From Promethearchaeum syntrophicum (GTDB lineage: Archaea > Asgardarchaeota > Lokiarchaeia > Sigyniarchaeales > Promethearchaeaceae): DNA of 32,000 nt. The DNA is taken from NCBI RefSeq assembly GCF_008000775.2, contig NZ_CP042905.2:4140001-4172000 (forward strand), in the 5' to 3' direction. Positions 15,575 through 24,790 of the stretch are shown here, piece by piece (the stretch's first letter is position 1; every line of letters starts with the position of its first letter). The notes under the pieces were generated by a model. The model saw only the letters and a list, made by a program, of their open reading frames with translations, was not told the origin of the DNA and did not search any database. Both the position numbers and the translations under genes were made by a program.

Positions 15575-16924
15575 ATGGATGATATAATGAGCATTGAATT
15601 TGAGGTTTTTATCGAGATTCCAAAAATCGCCGGGAAAATTGAAATTCCTAATAATCAAGAATTGATACATATTGGAAAACGCGAAATTAAAAATAGTGTT
15701 GTAAAAAATTTATCAGATCCAAGAGCTTTCGATTCAATTTCTAGCGTAAGAACTGATAAAGATACAGGAGCAGTAATTAAACAACAATTTATAATATCCA
15801 GAGTAAAAGATAAATATTTCATTGAAGATCAGAATAGCGCTAATGGCACGTATTTAGGAGGGATTAATCTTAAACAAAGCCCCCCAGCACCCTTGAAAAG
15901 CGGAGATGAAATTATAATTCCTATTGAAGAAAATGGTGAATTAATTCAGCTAAAAATGTATTTTCATATTGAAAAAAAAAAATCTGCTCCAGGAGCTCAA
16001 TCACAGCAGAAACAAATCCATTATCCAACACTGGATTTAGATGAAGCAGAATATTCTGATCCTACAATAACCCCTACAATCCCATCTTCGGCAAATCAAG
16101 CAGTAAAGGCAGGTTCATATCAATATAAATCCTTTATTTATGATCCCAACGATCCGATAAACACTTCCAATAGTTTTATTATGATACAGAGAACTCAAGC
16201 CATTCCACCCAATGCTTTCCAACCCAATTCTGGTTTAGACCTTTCAATGGTATATAAATTAGAAAAAAGTGAATTTTGGCATATCTTAGTTGCAGTGGGA
16301 TTGCTTTTTCTAATGATTTATAGGTATTATATAAATATTAATTTAATATTTTTAATTATCGGCTTGATAACTGATTCTCCGGGTCCTTCTTTAAATGATT
16401 TCTTTATTCAACCCTTACCTATTGCTCTTATTTTCGGTATTTCATTTATAACTCATGAATTATCTCACTTACAAACAGGAAAACATTTCAATTTTCAAAG
16501 TAGGTTTTGTCTAACTAAAGTTGGTGTAAAAGCCACTTTAAAATGGGCATTAATTGGATTTCCTTTTGGTCTCCCGGGTGCTGCGGTTTCAGTTGGTGTC
16601 GATCCAGTTAAAGATGAGGATAAGATGGGTTGGATAAAAATCGCGGGTCCATTTTCAAATTTTGTTTTAGGAGTAATTTTTATAATTCTTGCATTTTTCA
16701 TTCCAAGTGGCTCAATTATTGATTTAAAAGCCATTTTCGTACAAGCTAGTTCCTTAAATTTTGTTTTAGGAGCGTTTAATATGATTCCGCGAGAAGTGAA
16801 AGGATTTGCATTGGACGGGAAATTTATCATTAAATGGAATAAACCATGGTATTTTACGCTACTAGCAGGTTTAATATTGGGTTTTGCAACCGCAATTTTT
16901 TACTCCAATTCAGTTAATACTTAA
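15575..16924 (+). CDS. FHA domain fused to an M50 (site-2 protease) family intramembrane metalloprotease
   Basis: The FHA pattern is IHIGKREI...FIISRVKDKYFIEDQNSANGTYLGGINL...LKSGDEIIIP. HELSH lies at 16454-16468 in a TM helix. The downstream NMIPREVKGFALDG matches the M50 N..P....LDG motif. Confidence 0.8.
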   Translation: MDDIMSIEFEVFIEIPKIAGKIEIPNNQELIHIGKREIKNSVVKNLSDPRAFDSISSVRTDKDTGAVIKQQFIISRVKDKYFIEDQNSANGTYLGGINLKQSPPAPLKSGDEIIIPIEENGELIQLKMYFHIEKKKSAPGAQSQQKQIHYPTLDLDEAEYSDPTITPTIPSSANQAVKAGSYQYKSFIYDPNDPINTSNSFIMIQRTQAIPPNAFQPNSGLDLSMVYKLEKSEFWHILVAVGLLFLMIYRYYININLIFLIIGLITDSPGPSLNDFFIQPLPIALIFGISFITHELSHLQTGKHFNFQSRFCLTKVGVKATLKWALIGFPFGLPGAAVSVGVDPVKDEDKMGWIKIAGPFSNFVLGVIFIILAFFIPSGSIIDLKAIFVQASSLNFVLGAFNMIPREVKGFALDGKFIIKWNKPWYFTLLAGLILGFATAIFYSNSVNT

Positions 16925-17208
16925 TTGTTTTAAAAAATGAAATTTATCCAGATCTTTACATAATATCCGCTTTTTTTTCAATATTCCTTTTTAATTTAAA
17001 CACAAATCTTTCAAGGGATTTAATTCTTGGTTCCTTTTTTTCTTCATATTAAAGATAACATAGAAAAAATCTTATTATGATTCATAGTTCATTCATACTA
17101 TTGAAATCAAATAGGTTATTAAGAAAATAGACGTTTTTGTCCAAAAAGGATATAAATATAGAATAGGATTTACAATAATGGAAGTAATTTATTCTGAAAA
17201 TTAAAAAA

Positions 17209-19470
17209 GTGATTATAATGAGAAAAATAAGAAAATATTTTGCAATAGGGATTTTCTTTTTTAGCTTTTTAATACTAAATTTTAATGCACCAGCAGTTGG
17301 AATTGAACCTAAATCAAGTCGAGATGAATATTGGCCATTAGTAGTTGGAACTACAAATCTTGGAAATGATCTTGATCCAGCTAATGCATGGGATTCTTAT
17401 TCATTTGACATAATCTCACAAGTTTGGGAGGGTTTGTATGCCAATGATATAGGAAACGAACCAATGGGAATTATTCCCAGGTTAGCTACTAATAATGGAA
17501 TTTGGAATAGTGCGGGTGATGTTTTTAACGTTACGTTGCGTTCGGGAGTAAGCTTCCATAATGGACAAACCTTTGATGCAAGCACAGTAAAATATACGTT
17601 TGATCGATTATGGAATTTATGTGTATACCATGATACCCAAATAAGAGATTTATATTTTCCTTTTGGATTTAACACACCTGAAATGAATGAAACCATAGGT
17701 TATGGCTATATAATTAATGAGACAATAGTTGTTGATGCTACACATGTTAGTTTCAAACTAAACTTCCCTTATGTACCTTTCAAATCATTGTTGAGTTTTA
17801 GCGGTTCTTCTATTGTGGAACCCTCTACAACTGATATTGATACATTTATTAATTTTGATGATGTTAGTTTAGGCAGAGCAATTGGAACAGGACCATATAA
17901 AATTGTAGAATATTATCCAGACGATTATATTAATTTTGTATCTTATGATACCTATTATCGGGGAATTCCAGCAATAAAAAATATTAGATTTGAAAAATAT
18001 TCGAATTCTGCTGATATTTCACAAGCTTTACTAGATGGCTATATCGATTTTCCTAGGAGTATTGATAATAATAGAAGGAATGATTTTCAAGAGAACCTTA
18101 TGACTTTAGTTGAAGAACCTAATGAATTATCATTGTTTTACTACCTTGGAATGAATAACGATGAAATTGCAAAGGAATACAGGCAAGCAATTAATTATGC
18201 CATAGATTATGAATATATCTTGAATGATATATATGATAATACTTTGATACAAATGACGTCGATAATTCCTCGTAATATTATATATCATAAAGATTGTAAT
18301 GTTCCTTATTGGGATCTCTGGTATGCTAGACAAATTTTAATTGACGCAGGATTGTCGGGCACCTTAAACTATGGGTCCACAGATCAAGAATGGATAAATG
18401 TAGCAAATTCAGGTTCTCCACTTTTATCACTTTACTATCAATTTAATGAGGTAAATAAGTTATGGGAAGAAATTGGTTTATTATTGATTGATAATTTAGA
18501 AAAAATAGGAATAAAAGTATATCTTGAGCCTCTTCCATGGACAGAATTGATGAATAAATTAACTAATTATCCAGAGGAACTTGATTTATTTACACTTGGT
18601 TGGATGGCAGATTTCAATGATCCAAGCAATTTTATTAACTCTCTTTTGTCAAACACATCAAAACATAATGCTGCTCAAGTCAATGATCCATGGTTACAAA
18701 GTAAAATGAGTGAAGGTTTAGTTGAAATCAATGATTTAAATCGTGAAGTTATTTATTACCAAATACAAGATTATATTGCCACTGTTTTAATGCCTTTCGT
18801 GTTTCTTGGATATAAGATGAATACTGGAGTTCATACGGCTCATTTAGAAAATTTCCAATATAACTCCATGCGTATTACTTCCTATTTCGAATGTTCATGG
18901 GCTGATGATGAGTCAGATATCGGGGATGGGGATGGAATTCCTGATTTTTATGAATTTTATCAATATGGTACAGATCCATATAATTGGGACTCAGATTATG
19001 ACAATATTGGAGATTGGGATGAGATTTTTATGTATTATACAAACCCAAATGAATGGGACAGTGATCATGATTCTTTAGGAGATTGGGATGAAATTTTTAA
19101 TATTGGAACCAATCCGACTGATTGGGATACAGATGATGATGATTTGGGTGATGGAGATGAATTAAGTTTTGGAACTGATCCATTTATTTGGGATAGTGAT
19201 GGAGATGGACTTAGCGATGGTGAAGAAGTCTTGAGTTATCATACGGATCCAAACTATTGGGACACAGATTATGATGATTATTCTGATAAAGACGAAATCG
19301 ATGCAGGATCTGATCCACTTGATTCTGAAAGTACCCCCGAAAATGTTGGTGATTCAGGAACAGATCCTTTTGCAAATATCCCTGGTTATCCAGTTACTTA
19401 TCTATTATCTGTATGTATAGTTCTATCAATTGGACTTATATTTTTCACGAAAAAACTGATTAAGAGCTAA
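17209..19470 (+). CDS. Extracellular solute-binding protein (family 5, Opp/Dpp/Nik-like) with C-terminal thrombospondin-type-3-like Ca-binding repeats and a C-terminal TM anchor
   Basis: The N-terminal signal/TM is MRKIRKYFAIGIFFFSFLILNF (ATG at 17218; GTG at 17209). SBP_bac_5-like segments include GTGPYKIVEY and FTLGWMADFNDPSNF. The D-rich repeats read GTDPxxWDSDxDxxGDWDE. The tail is NIPGYPVTYLLSVCIVLSIGLIFFTKKLIKS. Confidence 0.8.
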   Translation: MIIMRKIRKYFAIGIFFFSFLILNFNAPAVGIEPKSSRDEYWPLVVGTTNLGNDLDPANAWDSYSFDIISQVWEGLYANDIGNEPMGIIPRLATNNGIWNSAGDVFNVTLRSGVSFHNGQTFDASTVKYTFDRLWNLCVYHDTQIRDLYFPFGFNTPEMNETIGYGYIINETIVVDATHVSFKLNFPYVPFKSLLSFSGSSIVEPSTTDIDTFINFDDVSLGRAIGTGPYKIVEYYPDDYINFVSYDTYYRGIPAIKNIRFEKYSNSADISQALLDGYIDFPRSIDNNRRNDFQENLMTLVEEPNELSLFYYLGMNNDEIAKEYRQAINYAIDYEYILNDIYDNTLIQMTSIIPRNIIYHKDCNVPYWDLWYARQILIDAGLSGTLNYGSTDQEWINVANSGSPLLSLYYQFNEVNKLWEEIGLLLIDNLEKIGIKVYLEPLPWTELMNKLTNYPEELDLFTLGWMADFNDPSNFINSLLSNTSKHNAAQVNDPWLQSKMSEGLVEINDLNREVIYYQIQDYIATVLMPFVFLGYKMNTGVHTAHLENFQYNSMRITSYFECSWADDESDIGDGDGIPDFYEFYQYGTDPYNWDSDYDNIGDWDEIFMYYTNPNEWDSDHDSLGDWDEIFNIGTNPTDWDTDDDDLGDGDELSFGTDPFIWDSDGDGLSDGEEVLSYHTDPNYWDTDYDDYSDKDEIDAGSDPLDSESTPENVGDSGTDPFANIPGYPVTYLLSVCIVLSIGLIFFTKKLIKS

Positions 19471-19480
19471 TTTTTTTTTT
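19471..19480 (+). terminator. Oligo-T tract (T10) immediately after the stop codon; candidate archaeal intrinsic termination signal
   Basis: taa at 19468-19470 is followed by tttttttttt and then ccattttttc. Confidence 0.35.
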
Positions 19481-19488
19481 CCATTTTT

Positions 19489-19737
19489 TCAATTTTTCTT
19501 CAAAAATTTTTCGATTTCCTTAACAATCAATTCGAAAACATCTTCCATACCTTCCACATTCCCTCCGCCTTGAGCAAAATTTGGTATTCCTCCACCTTTT
19601 CCACCAATTTTTGAGGCAAACAATTTTAGGAGAGTATTCATCTCCACTTGATTTTCATGTCCTTTCGAAGAACGAGCAAAGATAAGATTGACTTTATTAT
19701 CAACAATATTTGCTGTGAGGATAATACAGATTTGCAA
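19489..19737 (-). pseudogene. Duplicated 3' fragment of alaX (DHHA1-like C-terminal part), probably non-functional
   Basis: The encoded ICIILTANIVDNKVNLIFARSSKGHENQVEMNTLLKLFASKIGGKGGG.PNFAQGGGNV is nearly identical to the C-terminus of the 21767-22993 product. There is no ATG; only a fortuitous TTG occurs at the homology breakpoint. Confidence 0.7.
19554..19733. repeat. Direct repeat copy A (180-bp gap-free core) of the alaX 3' region
   Basis: Manual alignment with 21832-22011 shows about 8 mismatches in 180 bp, at a constant offset of 2278 bp. Confidence 0.85.
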
Positions 19738-19918
19738 TAGCAGTATTTTATTCTAATTCACTAAATACCCTATAATATTAATACAATAAGAATCAGAAAT
19801 GTATATATTCCGTTTTTTCTTATTCGCACTTTTTTTTCTAATCAATTTCTACACAATATTTTTTATTTCTTTAAAGAACAATAACGGAAAAAAGGATAAT
19901 AAAAAATTTTAATTTTGA

Positions 19919-21703
19919 TTACATACATTCACTTGTTCGTCTCTTCTTGCGCAATGAAAATATTACTCTTACACATACACCTAATAAACTTGCAATTGAC
20001 AAACCATATAATATCATTAATTCATAACCAGGAATATTATTCGACTCAGATGGGGAAGGATTTGTATATATCTCAAAATAGTCCCCATAAATATTTATTA
20101 AAGGATCAGAAACATCTGTGATTTTTATCTGATATTGAGTAGAATTATCGAGACCTGAAGGGATAGTCCAAGAAAAATCACCATCATTAAATGTGCTTGA
20201 AGCAATTTCCAATTCAAGTGCATCCCCTTTATATAGTTCAATTTTTACATCAGTAATACTACCTGTTGAGATCCAAGCTAGAGAATGTGTTGTCCCTATC
20301 TCCCACGAACTAAAACTATCAGGAGAAGTAACAGTGATTGAATCAGTAACGAACCCGAAAATCTCAAAATAATCGCTATAATCATTTATTAAAGAATTAG
20401 ACACATCGGTGATTTTTATCTGATATTGAGTAGAATTATCGAGACCTGAAGGGATAGTCCAAGAAAAATCACCATCATTAGGAGTGCTCGGAATAATTTC
20501 CAATTCAAATACACCACCTTTAAACAATTCTATTTTTACATCTGTAATACTACCTGTTGAGGTCCAAGCTAGAGAATGTGTTGTCCCTATCTCCCACGAA
20601 CTAAAACTATCAGGAGAAGTAACAATGATTGAATCAGTAACGAAAATCTCAAAATAATCGCTATAATCATTTATTAAAGAATTAGACACATCGGTGATTT
20701 TTATCTGATATTGCGTAGAATTATCAAGACCAGAGGGAACAGTCCAAGAAAAATCACCATCATTAGGAGTGCTCGGAATAATTTCCAATTCAAATACACC
20801 ACTTTTAAACAATTCTATTTTTACATCTGTAATACTACATGTTGAGGTCCAAGCTAGAGAATGTGTTGTCCCTATCTCCCACGAATTGGATGTAGAAGGA
20901 TTAATGACATTAATGGTTTCTACATCCCAAATTTCAAAATATGCATCATTAATTCCCCATGTATCTGCATAGTTACTATTAGATATATTTACTTGGTATT
21001 GATCACCAAAAAATGGAATATCAATTGGAATCCACCATGGGTAAGACCCATTATTTTGTACATTGGTGGCAATTTGACTCAAAAAAGTACCATCGTGATA
21101 AAGTGCAATATCTACATTGGCAAAATTACCTCCACATGTCCAATTAATATAATGAGATGTTTCTACTTTCCATGAGCTGGAACTTGTAGGTTCATCAACT
21201 GTAATAAAATCATCCTCCCAACTATCAGTAAATTCAATTTCACTAGCTGTGAACTCATAATGGTTTATTGCTACAACATACCATTTATCCGAGTAGAGAG
21301 GATAGAAAACACATGAAGCAGATAGTTCTTCGTCCGATAAAAGTTCTGTATAGGGAAAACTTCCACGGGTGCGTGAATTTCTATCCAATCCAATATTATA
21401 CAAATATTCTGAATCATTCATCATGTACCACGTGAGCCCAGGACCAAAATTTGTAACAATGTTCAATTCATAATATTCATGTTCGTTATGATCCCAACCC
21501 GATGCAAATAACCCTCCATACGGAGTTGTCTCGAGGATAGAAATTACGCCAGAACCAGCATCAGGCGAAATATTTTCAAGAGAAACATTTTCAATAGGAG
21601 CATTATCAACTAATAGTGCTTGAAAGCCTGTAATGATATTTATTATTAGAATCCCGATAATTATCATTTTAAGATTTTTTTTAGATTTTGATTTATTAAT
21701 CAT
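19919..21703 (-). CDS. Secreted/surface protein with a signal/TM N-terminus, a unique domain, four Kre9/KNH-like beta-sandwich-type repeats (three near-identical) and a C-terminal NIPGY-TM-basic anchor
   Basis: The N-terminus is KKNLKMIIIGILIINIITGF. Repeats read SSWEIGTTHSLAWTSTGSITDVKIELFKGGVFELEIIPSTPNDGDFSWTIPSGLDNSTQYQIKITDVSN. The C-terminus is NIPGYELMILYGLSIASLLGVCVRVIFSLRKKRR. Confidence 0.85.
   Translation of the reverse strand: MINKSKSKKNLKMIIIGILIINIITGFQALLVDNAPIENVSLENISPDAGSGVISILETTPYGGLFASGWDHNEHEYYELNIVTNFGPGLTWYMMNDSEYLYNIGLDRNSRTRGSFPYTELLSDEELSASCVFYPLYSDKWYVVAINHYEFTASEIEFTDSWEDDFITVDEPTSSSSWKVETSHYINWTCGGNFANVDIALYHDGTFLSQIATNVQNNGSYPWWIPIDIPFFGDQYQVNISNSNYADTWGINDAYFEIWDVETINVINPSTSNSWEIGTTHSLAWTSTCSITDVKIELFKSGVFELEIIPSTPNDGDFSWTVPSGLDNSTQYQIKITDVSNSLINDYSDYFEIFVTDSIIVTSPDSFSSWEIGTTHSLAWTSTGSITDVKIELFKGGVFELEIIPSTPNDGDFSWTIPSGLDNSTQYQIKITDVSNSLINDYSDYFEIFGFVTDSITVTSPDSFSSWEIGTTHSLAWISTGSITDVKIELYKGDALELEIASSTFNDGDFSWTIPSGLDNSTQYQIKITDVSDPLINIYGDYFEIYTNPSPSESNNIPGYELMILYGLSIASLLGVCVRVIFSLRKKRRTSECM
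20066..20905. repeat. Three tandem coding repeats (units of 291 and 285 bp) within the surface-protein gene
   Basis: The string gatttttatctgatattg(a/c)gtagaattatc recurs at 20120, 20411 and 20696. Long identical stretches lie between units. Confidence 0.9.
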
Positions 21704-21766
21704 ATTTCATCAATTTATTTGTTTAATATTAAACATATAAGATTAACTAATCACATTTTCATTTTT

Positions 21767-22993
21767 TCAAGTTTTCTTCAAATCTTCTTCAATCTTCTCA
21801 AGAATTAAATCAAAAACTTCTTCCAGACCATCCACATTCCCTCCTCCTTGAGCAAAATTTGGTTTTCCTCCACCTTTTCCACCAATTTTTGAGGCAAACA
21901 ATTTTAGGAGTGTATTCATCTCCACTTGATTTTCATGTCCTTTCGAAGAACGAGCAAAGATTAGATTAACTTTATTATCAACAATATTTGCAGTAAGGAT
22001 TATACAGATTTCATCTTCTATTAAGTCGGTTACGATTTTTCGTATAATTTTAAAATTTCCATCATTAAAAATAAGTTTAACAACTGGAATTCCTTCGATT
22101 CTTTGAGATTGGTTTATTTCATTATTGAATTTTTCCTTTAATTCGTTAAATTGCAATTCTTCAATGTGTTTTCTTTGAATTTTATTATCTTCAAATAATT
22201 TTTCTACGGTATCCTTCAAATCTTTCTTCTTAACAGCCAGAAATTCAGCGATTTCTGAGATCATTTTGTTTTTCCACTGGTAATCACTTAAAGCTCGTTC
22301 TCCACAAATGAAATCAACACGAAATCCATTTTTTATCTTAATCCATTTTAATACTTTTATAGGTCCTAATTCAACTGAACTTTTTAAATGAGTTCCACCA
22401 CATGGCGAGTAATCAAATTTACCTACTTCTACTATTCGTATGTTTTCATTTACTTTTGGCTTTTTACGCAATGGAAATTTATCTAATTCATCATTACCTA
22501 CCCAATGAATATCTATGTGTCGATTTTCTGAAATGATTTTATTTGCTAAATTTTCGACTTTATGAACATCTTCCCACTTTAATTTCGAAAGACCCACATC
22601 TAAAGTTAGAGAATGTTCACCTAAATGAACGGAAAAGGTTTCTCCTCCCAATTCTTTGAGAAAACTTTCTGATAGTATATGTTGAGCGGTATGATTCTGC
22701 ATGAATTTATATCTACGTGCCCAATCTATCTTACCCTTTATTTTTTTTCCGATTTCCAAGGTTTTTTCTGTAATATGGATAATTTCACCATCTTTTATTT
22801 GGGTATCAAGAACTGGAATTTTATCTAATTTACCGATATCACCTAATTGCCCTCCACCTTCCGGATAAAAGCATGTTTTTTCTAAAATTATCCCATATTT
22901 TCCTTTTAACTCTAATACTTCTAGAACTTTTGAAGTGAATTCTTTTTGATAAGCATTTTTATAATATAATTTTTCGGTCAGCATACTATTCAC
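21767..22993 (-). CDS. alaX: Alanyl-tRNA editing protein AlaX-L (AlaRS editing domain plus DHHA1-like C-terminal domain)
   Basis: TEKLYYKNAY...CFYPEGGGQLGDIG is the AlaX N-terminus. Zinc motifs are HTAQHILS and SPCGGTH. The C-terminus carries GGKGGGKPNFAQGGG. Start is GTG at 22993 (4-nt overlap with the upstream ABC gene) or ATG at 22984. Confidence 0.88.
   Translation of the reverse strand: MNSMLTEKLYYKNAYQKEFTSKVLEVLELKGKYGIILEKTCFYPEGGGQLGDIGKLDKIPVLDTQIKDGEIIHITEKTLEIGKKIKGKIDWARRYKFMQNHTAQHILSESFLKELGGETFSVHLGEHSLTLDVGLSKLKWEDVHKVENLANKIISENRHIDIHWVGNDELDKFPLRKKPKVNENIRIVEVGKFDYSPCGGTHLKSSVELGPIKVLKWIKIKNGFRVDFICGERALSDYQWKNKMISEIAEFLAVKKKDLKDTVEKLFEDNKIQRKHIEELQFNELKEKFNNEINQSQRIEGIPVVKLIFNDGNFKIIRKIVTDLIEDEICIILTANIVDNKVNLIFARSSKGHENQVEMNTLLKLFASKIGGKGGGKPNFAQGGGNVDGLEEVFDLILEKIEEDLKKT
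21832..22011. repeat. Direct repeat copy B (inside intact alaX), matching 19554-19733
   Basis: See copy A. Confidence 0.85.
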
Positions 22994-24789
22994 ATGGCAG
23001 TTTTTATTTTTTCTAAATATTTTGCGGATTGAGTTTTGAAATATAAGTGATACATATCTTGGTAAGGTCCTTTTTGTTCCATTAATTCTTTATGATTTCC
23101 AATTTGTTTAATTTCTCCATCTTCTAAAACAATAATGAAATCACTCTTAAGAATCGTAGTCAATCTATGGGCAATTACAATAGATGTTCTCCCCTTAAGT
23201 AATAATTCAGTTGAATCTTGTATTTTTGACTCAGTATATAAATCTACAGCTGATGTTGCTTCATCTAAAATTATTATATCAGGTTTTCCTAATAAAACTC
23301 GTGCATACGAAATCATTTGACGTTGTCCGACCGAGAGGTTCTTGCCTCCTTCTGTTACAAGAAAATCTAAACTATTTGGCAATAGTTCAATGAATTCTCG
23401 TGCCTGCACTGTATCTAAAGCATCCCATATGTCTTCATCAGATGCATTTTCATTTCCAATAAGCATATTTTCTCTTATTGTTCCTTTAAATAACAAAACT
23501 CGCTGACTTACAAGCCCAATTACAGTTCTTAATGATTTTAATTCATAATTTTGAATGTTTACTCCATCAACTAATATCTCTCCATTATTGATATTATAAA
23601 ACCTTGGGATTAGAGCCGCTATTGTAGATTTTCCAGAACCAGTATGTCCAACTAACGCAACACGTTGACCTGGTTTAATTTGAAATGAAATGTTGTTTAA
23701 CACCGGGGTATCTTTTATATATGAGAAATTGACATTTTTAAATTCTACTTTTCCATGTAATTTTTCTGCAATTTTTAATGATTCATTTGATAATGTATTT
23801 ATTTCCTTGGTTTCAGAGTTTTCACTAACATTTAATAATCGTTCAAGATTTACAAAGAGACTTTGAAATCGGCTATAATTTCGTGCTAAAGAAAGAAGTG
23901 GGTAATAATAGTAGTCCATCAGAAAAATGAATAGGTAAAACGTAGCAACATCAAGGTTTCCATTGAAAGATTCAATTGTGCCAACGGTCAAAATTAGTAT
24001 GAGTAACAAATGTCTAAAGAAATCATTAATAGGACCAATAATAAAAATTGCAAATCCTCGCTTAATTGAAGAAATATATGTTTCCTCGTTAAGAAGCGTA
24101 AATTTTTTTATATTTTCTTCTTCTCTAGCAAATGATTTACTAATTGCAATTGATCTCATGGTTTCACTGAAGCGTTGATTTACAGTAGCAAAATTTTTGC
24201 GCCAAACCTTAGCTATCCTTCTTTGATATTTCCTAAGAGAAAAAACAACTAAGAAAAAAATTGGGAGAAATATCACTGAGACAAGAGTTAATTTTGGTGA
24301 GAAATAGAGTAAAATTCCAATAGTAATAACTAAACGAAAGAGGCTTGTGAAAAGATCAACAAATCTTTGGCCTGCTTCTCTCATTTCATTGATATCATTT
24401 GTAAGACCACTTGTTAAAAATCCCGTTTCGGAATTATCAAAAAAGGTGAGGTTGTTCTCTAATATTCCATTAAACGACTTTACTCGTAAATCTTTTGTTA
24501 TTTGGGCATTTAATTTAGCTTTGAAGATATTTTGAAACACTTCCCAAAACCATTTAACAAGCATTAAAAGAAAATATGCAATTAATGGTGTTAATACCAT
24601 TATTATTGTTGTAGAAATTTCATTGGTTTCAATTAAATCCAAAGCTTTTCTGAAAAATAATGGAGCAATCGTGCCAAAAGCGACATTTAAAAGAAGTAAG
24701 AAAATAACTAAATAAAATTCTTTTAAATGCAATCTAACGATATTCCATAAATATATTAATAAATCTTTGTCAGTAGGTTTGTCTACCAT
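22990..24789 (-). CDS. ABC exporter half-transporter (TMD-NBD fusion, ABCB/MsbA-like), subunit B
   Basis: There are six predicted TM helices followed by GHTGSGKST (Walker A), LSVGQRQ (atypical signature) and IIILDEATSAVD (Walker B). I prefer the ATG at 24789 (MVDKPTDKD) because GGAGG lies about 10 nt upstream. The track start at 24819 would overlap the upstream gene by 29 nt. Confidence 0.9.
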   Translation of the reverse strand: MVDKPTDKDLLIYLWNIVRLHLKEFYLVIFLLLLNVAFGTIAPLFFRKALDLIETNEISTTIIMVLTPLIAYFLLMLVKWFWEVFQNIFKAKLNAQITKDLRVKSFNGILENNLTFFDNSETGFLTSGLTNDINEMREAGQRFVDLFTSLFRLVITIGILLYFSPKLTLVSVIFLPIFFLVVFSLRKYQRRIAKVWRKNFATVNQRFSETMRSIAISKSFAREEENIKKFTLLNEETYISSIKRGFAIFIIGPINDFFRHLLLILILTVGTIESFNGNLDVATFYLFIFLMDYYYYPLLSLARNYSRFQSLFVNLERLLNVSENSETKEINTLSNESLKIAEKLHGKVEFKNVNFSYIKDTPVLNNISFQIKPGQRVALVGHTGSGKSTIAALIPRFYNINNGEILVDGVNIQNYELKSLRTVIGLVSQRVLLFKGTIRENMLIGNENASDEDIWDALDTVQAREFIELLPNSLDFLVTEGGKNLSVGQRQMISYARVLLGKPDIIILDEATSAVDLYTESKIQDSTELLLKGRTSIVIAHRLTTILKSDFIIVLEDGEIKQIGNHKELMEQKGPYQDMYHLYFKTQSAKYLEKIKTAM

Positions 24790-24790
24790 T

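Noticed and set aside
19915-21175. + strand ORFs inside the surface-protein gene (19915-20121, 20769-20972, 20861-21175), and similar small ORFs antisense to the ABC, SBP, S2P, galK, Sm-like, DsrE-like, operon gene 1 (1711-2004), operon genes 4, 5 and 6 (6185-6379, 7656-7841) and paralogue genes; also the same-strand out-of-frame ORF 3546-3761 inside the Zn-ribbon gene
   Set aside because: All are nested in, or largely overlap, longer ORFs with recognisable domains. None has its own motif or RBS support.
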